A DNA stretch of 64,000 nt from positions 48,491 to 112,490 of the forward strand of contig CAVFNP010000001.1 of assembly GCA_963624185.1 (NCBI GenBank), given 5' to 3'. This stretch comes from Firmicutes bacterium CAG:460 (lineage in GTDB: Bacteria > Bacteroidota > Bacteroidia > Bacteroidales > UBA932). Of this stretch, positions 27,076-33,354 are shown piece after piece. Every line of letters starts with the position of its first letter. Within the stretch, counting starts at the first letter, position 1. The notes beneath the pieces are model-generated. The model did not search any database and was not told where the DNA came from. It worked only from the letters and a program-made list of their open reading frames with translations. The position numbers were made by a program, and so were the translations under genes.

Positions 27076-28914
27076 TTATTCAGCTTCAGTGATTTCCACT
27101 GCCATGGTGTTAAGATATTTTTCGTCTGTTCCGCTTAATCCTATGGCATAGCCTGTTACCGTGATGTTTTGCCCTTCAAGACTTATGAGCAGTGACTTAT
27201 GGTCATTTGTAGGGTATGAAACCGATCCTATAATATCTGTTCCGTCCACAGCTACATTATAGTGATACTGATAATATTGATCTCGTGTGGATGTAAGTTT
27301 ACCTGTGTATCTGACATATTTGATACTTGGATTATCTGCCCACTTGGTGAATCCGTCTCCGTCGAGAACTTCTGGCTCCGGGTAAGATACTTCTGCAGTT
27401 CCAGTCTTGGTGATTGTAGTGGATTCTCCGAATTGTTTGAACCCTCCGTAAGTGGTGGTAGTACCTTCAAGTGTAAGGACATCACCCACTTCTACACCAT
27501 GTTTTTTCTTGAATGTCAGGATAATGCCTGTGTCGTCCTTTATCAGGAATCCCTTATAGTGAATGGCAATGACCGTTCCCTGGATTTTATAGATGTTGTC
27601 AACAGGGGAGTCGAGAACTTCTGCTATAGTGGAAGTCGTCACTTCGTCTTCTTTTCCGAATTCTATGACTTGTCCGCCATCACCCGGAGTTAGCAGAACA
27701 TCGTCAAGACGGTTGACGCTGCTTAGTTTCGCCTCGAATTTAATGCATAGATTGGTGGTGCCTTCGGGAAGAGTGAAATTGGCAGTGGCAAGTCTCCAGT
27801 TACCTGCTACGTCATCTGTATCGAAGGCATAATCAAGTGCCTGTGACCAGGTTTCCCCATCTTCAGATACACGTACTACGAAATCTGATTTGATGAATGT
27901 GTTGGTCCCGCCCTGAGAGTATCGCTGTGCTCCGAAACTGAGCTTTAGATTACGCTCGTTTACCGCTATATTTTTGATCGTGAAATAACTTGGAACACTG
28001 CTGAAGAACATGTTGTTCTTTCCTGAACCGTCATATTCTGAAAGGTAACCTTTGGATGACTGGTTTGTGCGTACGGAGATGCTTTTGTAATCGTAGCTTA
28101 CGCCCTCGGCAGAGGAACCTTTTTCATTTTTCCAACCGTCGAAGTCATCGTCCAGAAAAGGCCATTGGCCACCGGTGCTTCCGTATGACTGGGTAGCGAG
28201 AGTCTTGTCGAATGTGTTGTAATAGATGGCGCCATCCGGAACTATTTCTTCATCCATGCCAAGATCTTCTACAGCCGTAGGGATGGTGTAGAAGAAAGAT
28301 TTATAGGCTCCGAAAAGCCATCCCGTGATCTTGACTCTGTGTCCGGCGTATTGGCTTTTGAATTCGTCTGTCATATAATCGAGACTTCCCTTATATGAGG
28401 ACTTGTCCAGTTCCACATTGGTATAATTGCCTGAAAGCATTATGGTTCCGCTGTATGTTACATATTTGATACTTGGGGAAGCCATATAGTTTTCTATGTC
28501 TTCATCTTTGAGTTCTACACTTTCCGGATATGTTATCTCTGTGGTCCCAGTCTGGTCGAGAGAGCATCCGCTTGCAAATTGCGGAAGGGCGTTGCGAGTG
28601 GCGGTCTCTCCGGCAACGGTTACGACATCGCCTGCGCTAAGATTGTGAGCCTGACCGTAAAAAGCGTAAATGTAGGAATCATCCTGCCCAAGGAGCACAC
28701 CGTGAGTGTTGGCCCCGACTACAACAGCACCCTTGACCTCATAGGTGGAGCCTATATCACCGGCAAGCACATCCTTAATGGTGGTGCCAATTTCTGGTTC
28801 GTCCGGATCTACCTGGTCTTTCTTGTCGTCAGGTGTAACTTGTTCTTTGTTGCAGGACACGCTGAAAAGGCAGAACGTAGCTGCCAATGCGATAAATTTT
28901 AAGGATTTTTTCAT
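27076..28914 (-). CDS. Surface lipoprotein with two copies of an OB-like module flanking a CBM-like middle domain; unknown function
   Basis: 612 aa with lipoprotein signal MKKSLKFIALAATFCLFSVSC. An internal duplication is visible: TIKDVLAG..YEVKGAVVV..GDVVTVAGE...PSIKYVTYSG versus TIAEVLDS..YKIQGTVIA..GDVLTLEGT...PSIKYVRYTG. Confidence 0.6.
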   Translation of the reverse strand: MKKSLKFIALAATFCLFSVSCNKEQVTPDDKKDQVDPDEPEIGTTIKDVLAGDIGSTYEVKGAVVVGANTHGVLLGQDDSYIYAFYGQAHNLSAGDVVTVAGETATRNALPQFASGCSLDQTGTTEITYPESVELKDEDIENYMASPSIKYVTYSGTIMLSGNYTNVELDKSSYKGSLDYMTDEFKSQYAGHRVKITGWLFGAYKSFFYTIPTAVEDLGMDEEIVPDGAIYYNTFDKTLATQSYGSTGGQWPFLDDDFDGWKNEKGSSAEGVSYDYKSISVRTNQSSKGYLSEYDGSGKNNMFFSSVPSYFTIKNIAVNERNLKLSFGAQRYSQGGTNTFIKSDFVVRVSEDGETWSQALDYAFDTDDVAGNWRLATANFTLPEGTTNLCIKFEAKLSSVNRLDDVLLTPGDGGQVIEFGKEDEVTTSTIAEVLDSPVDNIYKIQGTVIAIHYKGFLIKDDTGIILTFKKKHGVEVGDVLTLEGTTTTYGGFKQFGESTTITKTGTAEVSYPEPEVLDGDGFTKWADNPSIKYVRYTGKLTSTRDQYYQYHYNVAVDGTDIIGSVSYPTNDHKSLLISLEGQNITVTGYAIGLSGTDEKYLNTMAVEITEAE

Positions 28915-28916
28915 GT

Positions 28917-29393
28917 TTATTTTAATTTTCTATGTGCATAGCCTTCGATGCAGTCTGGCAGTACGATTTCATAGTTCTCGTCTGTCAGAAGCGGTGAAGT
29001 AAGAAGCATATCCGCTGTGGTCCTGTTCATGGCAAATGCTATATTGTATAGGGCCGCCAGACGTGAAAGTGCAGACACGTCGTTCTGATGTCCTTGGACT
29101 ATCAGGTTGTCACAGAAGAAGATGAGCATCTCTATTTTACGCTCTGCTATAAGTGAACCTATCTGTTGGTCGCCACCCAGTGGGCCGGAGAGGAGTCTGC
29201 AGACTTTTCCCTTGAACGGGAAGGTCTTTTTTCCGTTTTCGTCTGTAATTTCCAATTCCTCGATAAGACGTCCGGTAGTACCGGTAGCGTAGAGATTGTA
29301 CTTTGACAGGGTGGAAGCGTTGAATTTAATCCAAGAGAGAAGTTCGGCCTTTCGTCCGTCGTGGGCCACAAGAGCGATGTTAATCTTTTTCAT
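28917..29393 (-). CDS. mgsA: Methylglyoxal synthase
   Basis: From the ATG at 29393: MKKINIALVAHDGRKAELL...LYATGTTG...LSGPLGGDQQIG...LIFF, which are classic MgsA blocks. The longer ORF-track N-terminus is unlikely. Confidence 0.85.
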   Translation of the reverse strand: MKKINIALVAHDGRKAELLSWIKFNASTLSKYNLYATGTTGRLIEELEITDENGKKTFPFKGKVCRLLSGPLGGDQQIGSLIAERKIEMLIFFCDNLIVQGHQNDVSALSRLAALYNIAFAMNRTTADMLLTSPLLTDENYEIVLPDCIEGYAHRKLK

Positions 29394-29414
29394 TGACCTG
29401 TGTATTTTTGCATG

Positions 29415-29422
29415 CAAATATA
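29415..29422 (-). promoter_or_regulatory. Bacteroides-type -7 promoter box (TATATTTG) for mgsA
   Basis: The minus strand reads TATATTTG, matching the TAnnTTTG consensus, about 20 nt upstream of the mgsA ATG. Confidence 0.35.
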
Positions 29423-29460
29423 GCACACAGTTTATAAATAAGTAACTAAATTTGCCCATT

Positions 29461-29715
29461 ATGACAGAAAAGTATCCGAAGGAAAGTGTGGAATGGGCAT
29501 ATTGCATTTTCCATCAAAAACTTAATGTTTATCTTCATTCTAATATCCCGTCCCAAAGGGATGATATAGAATATGTCGTAGGTGATTACGCCATGAAGAT
29601 GAATCCTGAGTTATACCTTTATATCTCTGACGGGAAGCCTTCATTTTTAATGGAGCACGGCAGATTTGAAGAGGATCTTTGCCAAGCTGTCGATAAACTT
29701 GAAAAATTGATGTGA
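29461..29715 (+). CDS. Hypothetical small protein
   Basis: ORF MTEKYPKESVEWAYCIFHQKLN... preceded by TAAATTTG (29445-29452). I recognised no family. Its stop is 1 nt before the next ORF. Confidence 0.4.
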   Translation: MTEKYPKESVEWAYCIFHQKLNVYLHSNIPSQRDDIEYVVGDYAMKMNPELYLYISDGKPSFLMEHGRFEEDLCQAVDKLEKLM

Positions 29716-29716
29716 A

Positions 29717-29902
29717 ATGGACCATCTACCTAAAAATGATATGCCGATGCTTGTGTCGGCTATAAATTTTCTTCTTCGAGACGAGGAATTCGATAATCTC
29801 GATCAGATATGCTATTACTATAATGAAGACCGCACCGAGCTCGAAAAGCGGCTCTCCGACGCAGGATATACATATTCTGAAAGCTTGAAGAAGTTCTATT
29901 AG
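29717..29902 (+). CDS. Small protein resembling the DUF4250 family (from memory)
   Basis: 61 aa: MDHLPKNDMPMLVSAINFLLRDEEFDNLDQICYYYNEDRTELEKRLSDAGYTYSESLKKFY. The length and pattern resemble DUF4250 proteins. Confidence 0.5.
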   Translation: MDHLPKNDMPMLVSAINFLLRDEEFDNLDQICYYYNEDRTELEKRLSDAGYTYSESLKKFY

Positions 29903-29967
29903 GGTAGAATATTCTTTTGCGCATATCAGGATATGTCGTATATTTGCCCAAGATAAACACAGTAACT

Positions 29968-31230
29968 ATGAGAACTTCAATTGTTGTGGGATGCGTCCTG
30001 GGCGGCGTAGCCTTTTTCGGAGCAACTTCTTGCTCTACATCTTTAAAACTGAATAATATCCGCTCTAACGGGATAAATGCCTCCCTGTCACTTCCAAGTG
30101 AAAGTGAGATACGCCGTTATGGAGGGAATACGAGGAAACAGAGTGCCGACGAGGATGGTCTTTATGCTATGCGGACTTACAAGGATACTCTCAGTGGGGA
30201 GGTAATGGGATCGGAAGACCTGGATGCCGCTGTAATAGTAGCCAAGTTCAGAAATGTCGCAGAGCGTAGAGGTGAGGTTGATTTTGACTTTATGATAGTC
30301 GCCTCCGATTCACTTCAGGATCCGTCTTGGCAGTTGCGTTTTTTCCCTATGTTGTATTTCGAAGGCGGAGATTCATTGGCATTGGCCCCGGTGTATCTGA
30401 CAGGAAAGGATTTCCGTGATGCGCAGCTTCGAGGCTATAGTCTATATGAAGGGTACTTATCTTCTCTTTCACGGGACAGTACACGTTTTGTTGATAATGC
30501 TCAGGCTGATGCCTTCAGAGCGCGTTTTCCTTCATCGGGAAAGAATGCTGGAGAACATTTCAGAAGGCCGCTGGTGGAAAAATACAATGCGTATAAACTT
30601 TCGTTTAAGGATGATTTGCAGCAGCGTCTCATTAGGGTGCCTCGTTCGGATGCTTCCGTTCGGCGCGACAGTACGGCCCAGGGCGGAAGATTCATTTATC
30701 TGTATCATCAGAGGATAGAGTCCGGTCGGAGCATGTCGAGATTTTATCTTAATGTTTCTACGCAGATTCATAACGGACGCGATATCATCTGGTATTCGCG
30801 TCCTTCAGAGAGCATAACGTACTATGTCAGTTCTCTTAGTTCGCTTGTTGATAATGAATTGGCGCTTCTTCACGAAGGAGATTCCACCTATCGAGAAGGC
30901 GTGCTTCATCTTCGGAGCCGCGAGTGGGAGCCGGCTCTGGAACAGCTGGCGCCATATGAGGATTATAATGCTGCATTGGCATATCTGGCACTGGAATATA
31001 ATGCCACGGCAAGTCTTATTCTTGAGAATTTGCCTGTCAAAACGGCGGCGTGCCATTATCTGATGGCTATAGCATATTCCAGACGCGGGATGGAGGCCGA
31101 GTGCGTAGAAGAACTCAAACAGGCAGTGTCGGCAGAATATTCATACAAATACAGGGGCAATCTCGATCCCGAAATCGCCCCTGTAATAAGGAAGTATGAT
31201 CTGTTCAGCGAAGATGAATTGTATAATTAG
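29968..31230 (+). CDS. Hypothetical lipoprotein; its last ~29 codons contain the 69-bp repeat
   Basis: The ATG at 29968 gives MRTSIVVGCVLGGVAFFGATSC, a lipoprotein signal. About 420 aa. The C-terminus is ...YSYKYRGNLDPEIAPVIRKYDLFSEDELYN. Confidence 0.6.
   Translation: MRTSIVVGCVLGGVAFFGATSCSTSLKLNNIRSNGINASLSLPSESEIRRYGGNTRKQSADEDGLYAMRTYKDTLSGEVMGSEDLDAAVIVAKFRNVAERRGEVDFDFMIVASDSLQDPSWQLRFFPMLYFEGGDSLALAPVYLTGKDFRDAQLRGYSLYEGYLSSLSRDSTRFVDNAQADAFRARFPSSGKNAGEHFRRPLVEKYNAYKLSFKDDLQQRLIRVPRSDASVRRDSTAQGGRFIYLYHQRIESGRSMSRFYLNVSTQIHNGRDIIWYSRPSESITYYVSSLSSLVDNELALLHEGDSTYREGVLHLRSREWEPALEQLAPYEDYNAALAYLALEYNATASLILENLPVKTAACHYLMAIAYSRRGMEAECVEELKQAVSAEYSYKYRGNLDPEIAPVIRKYDLFSEDELYN
31143..31211 (+). 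repeat. Direct repeat copy A (69 bp, identical to 33280-33348), inside the 3' end of CDS 29968-31230
   Basis: I compared atacaaatacaggggcaatctcgatcccgaaatcgcccctgtaataaggaagtatgatctgttcagcga base by base with the second copy and found them identical. It contains the 8-bp inverted repeat ACAGGGGC/GCCCCTGT (31151-31184). Confidence 0.95.
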
Positions 31231-31252
31231 CCGTATGGGATAGAGTATAAGT

Positions 31253-31591
31253 CTAGTGAGCTATTTTCAGAATTAGTTCCTTGAGTTGAGGAACATCTTG
31301 TGTTGCGGTTTCCCAAAGAATTTCCGGAAGAATATTTGAATACCCGTGAACAAGAACGTGACGCATTTTGATAACTTGTTTCCACGGAATCTCAGAATGT
31401 GAATTTTTGAACCCTTCCGTGAGCATATTTGCTGCTTCACCTATAATTTCAATATTTTTCATCACGGCAAAATATCGGATCTTATCAGCCAAAAACTGCT
31501 CGTATGTTAATCCTTTAACAAACGAAATGATGTAGTCTGCCGCTTCAAGTATATCTTGAATACGCCCTGGATCGCGTTCAACTTCTCTCAT
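31253..31591 (-). CDS. hepT: HepT-like (DUF86) toxin of a type VII toxin-antitoxin pair
   Basis: 112 aa with the Rx4HxY motif as RHVLVHGY. Its start overlaps the upstream nucleotidyltransferase gene by 14 nt. Confidence 0.85.
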   Translation of the reverse strand: MREVERDPGRIQDILEAADYIISFVKGLTYEQFLADKIRYFAVMKNIEIIGEAANMLTEGFKNSHSEIPWKQVIKMRHVLVHGYSNILPEILWETATQDVPQLKELILKIAH

Positions 31592-31871
31592 AAATCAGAA
31601 TTTTATCGTGATTGACTGATGCCTCTGCGTATGGGCGAAGGGAACCTTCTGGGATGATATCAACGCTTCTCCCCAACAGTTCCTCCAGATCAAGTGACAT
31701 TCCAGATAACTTCATAAGAGAAATCTTGGCGGTATTGTCGAATGCTATAAGCAAATCAATATCGCTGTCAGATGTTTCTTCTCCTCTCGAATAAGAACCG
31801 AAAAGCCAAGCTTTTGAGATTGGCTGAGAAGAAAAATACTCCTTTAGTGTATTTATAATGGTACTACTCAT
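31578..31871 (-). CDS. mntA: MntA-like minimal nucleotidyltransferase antitoxin
   Basis: It contains LFGSYSRGEETSDSDIDLL, the GSx10DxD nucleotidyltransferase signature. I prefer the ATG at 31871 over the TTG at 31889. Confidence 0.85.
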   Translation of the reverse strand: MSSTIINTLKEYFSSQPISKAWLFGSYSRGEETSDSDIDLLIAFDNTAKISLMKLSGMSLDLEELLGRSVDIIPEGSLRPYAEASVNHDKILIYERS

Positions 31872-31886
31872 ATAGTTCAGTCTGCC

Positions 31887-31894
31887 CAAATATA
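31887..31894 (-). promoter_or_regulatory. -7 promoter box (TATATTTG) for the mntA-hepT operon
   Basis: The minus strand reads TATATTTG (TAnnTTTG consensus) 16 nt upstream of the mntA ATG. Confidence 0.35.
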
Positions 31895-31935
31895 TTGAGT
31901 TTTATTCAAATTACCAAACCCTTTCATTCAAGGAA

Positions 31936-31958
31936 ACAGGGGCAATCTCGATCTCGAA
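31936..31958 (+). repeat. Partial (left-arm) copy of the 69-bp repeat
   Basis: acaggggcaatctcgatcTcgaa matches repeat positions 9-31 with one mismatch. The right arm of the inverted repeat is absent. Confidence 0.8.
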
Positions 31959-31990
31959 GTTGTTTTTGCATGGGCTTTTTGATAAACCGA

Positions 31991-32533
31991 TTATTGCTTG
32001 GAGTCAATTTTTTTCAGTGTTATTGAGATATTGGCAAGTACTTTCATTATTGCCCAGGTTGCAATGCTTGTCAATAAAACAGTAATTGCAATAACTAACC
32101 CTGAAGGATTGAATACAGTGTCTTCTGTAAAGCTATAATGCTCTCGAGGAAGTTTTTGAAAAGATAGTGTGAAGAAACATAATATAGACGAGATTATTCC
32201 GAAAATAAGGATTATGGTAGCCACTGTTTTTATGGTAGATTCCGCTGTGTTATTCTCGTGGGGTTCACTATTTTCTTTGCATGTTATATACTCTAAAATT
32301 TCGTTATATTCTTCATCGGATACCTCTACTGGTGTTTTTTTATAACCATAGTATTGTTTCTTTTCATTATCCCAGTATGGATAGTCATTAGTTATATGGC
32401 GGGAATCCTCGCTGTATACTTTTTCTTTTTCACAAAGGCCTATAGAGACAAGTATTTGATCTTTTTCATTTCTTAGGTTTTCTAATTTCTTGGCTCGAGC
32501 CTCATTTAAGAATTTTTCAACTTTAGTGTTCAT
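31991..32533 (-). CDS. Hypothetical membrane protein (soluble N-terminal domain plus two C-terminal TM helices)
   Basis: 180-aa ORF in the AT-rich segment. TM-like stretches are TVATIILIFGIISSILCFFTL and GLVIAITVLLTSIATWAIMKVL. I recognised no family. Confidence 0.55.
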   Translation of the reverse strand: MNTKVEKFLNEARAKKLENLRNEKDQILVSIGLCEKEKVYSEDSRHITNDYPYWDNEKKQYYGYKKTPVEVSDEEYNEILEYITCKENSEPHENNTAESTIKTVATIILIFGIISSILCFFTLSFQKLPREHYSFTEDTVFNPSGLVIAITVLLTSIATWAIMKVLANISITLKKIDSKQ

Positions 32534-32544
32534 GTCGGTATGGT

Positions 32545-33060
32545 TTATTTATAATTATTTAATGTTTCGATATAGTAGTAGATTGTCTGAATGGATTCAT
32601 TTATGGAATTGTCGACAAGAGCAATGCTGGCGTCGTATTTTTTTACAGATTTAAACCTGTCCCTATTTGCCTGTAGTTCCTCTTTTATTTCAATTTTTGC
32701 CTTTAACTGTTTAAAACTATTTATCAAAAGATCGTGTAAAGCAGCAAGTTTTGCAATGTCCCTCATGGTATCAGTACGAAGCATAAAATAGTTGTGAGGG
32801 TAGCAAGGAATATCATGTGGTTCATAATAGGAGATCTTAAAAAAATCGATAGGATCTTCAGATATAATGCTTAAAGCTTTATCGAAGTCATTATATATAT
32901 GGTATTTCCATTTGTTGAAAGAGAGATAGTTGCTTTCTTGACGTGAAACCAACTCGTCCATTTCATCGATGGCAACAAGTGCATCAAATAGAGCTTTATT
33001 CGGTGAATTACATGCTCCGAAAATGATAATTGCCAAAATAAAGTAAATATGTTTTTTCAT
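32545..33060 (-). CDS. Hypothetical small lipoprotein
   Basis: 171-aa ORF with lipoprotein signal MKKHIYFILAIIIFGAC. It is AT-rich, lies 11 nt upstream of the membrane-protein gene, and matches no family I recognise. Confidence 0.55.
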   Translation of the reverse strand: MKKHIYFILAIIIFGACNSPNKALFDALVAIDEMDELVSRQESNYLSFNKWKYHIYNDFDKALSIISEDPIDFFKISYYEPHDIPCYPHNYFMLRTDTMRDIAKLAALHDLLINSFKQLKAKIEIKEELQANRDRFKSVKKYDASIALVDNSINESIQTIYYYIETLNNYK

Positions 33061-33279
33061 GGTCTTTTTTGAAACTGTTATTTTTTTGTTGCTTTTGCAA
33101 GATAGTAATTATTATTGATATTGTTGGTGTAAGTAGGATATAATGGATAGTAAATTATGTGATTGAGTGAGCCTGTCCAGCCATTGACTGAGATGGAGGA
33201 AGGGGGCCACTAGTAACAAATCCGCTTGGCGGACAAAGATAAGAGAGGGGAGACTGGAGCTGAGTTTCCAAGACAGCAT

Positions 33280-33348
33280 ATACAAATACAGGGGCAATCT
33301 CGATCCCGAAATCGCCCCTGTAATAAGGAAGTATGATCTGTTCAGCGA
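33280..33348 (+). repeat. Direct repeat copy C (69 bp, identical to 31143-31211), abutting the nifJ stop
   Basis: Base-for-base identical to copy A. It ends 6 nt before the minus-strand stop codon of nifJ (33355). Confidence 0.95.
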
Positions 33349-33354
33349 GCAGGA

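Larger units (their letters stand above)
31212..33279. mobile_element. Repeat-flanked, AT-rich accessory insertion (non-autonomous; two cassette-like units)
   Basis: It is bounded by perfect 69-bp direct repeats, with a partial copy at 31936-31958. Three 60-nt lines I counted inside it gave 30-40% G+C, against 55% for a nifJ line. No recombinase gene lies inside. Confidence 0.55.

Noticed and set aside
29917-29967. Longer N-terminal extensions offered by the ORF track. Examples are 29917 for the lipoprotein, 12768, 18267, 19484, 24997, 28917-29507, 36902-37825 and 52744-53538.
   Set aside because: In each case an internal ATG gives a canonical signal peptide or a family-typical N-terminus and removes an implausible overlap with the neighbouring gene.
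33112-33297. 61-aa minus-strand ORF upstream of cassette 2
   Set aside because: It starts inside repeat copy C, has a hydrophobic low-complexity sequence and no start signals. The region more likely holds promoter or non-coding sequence.
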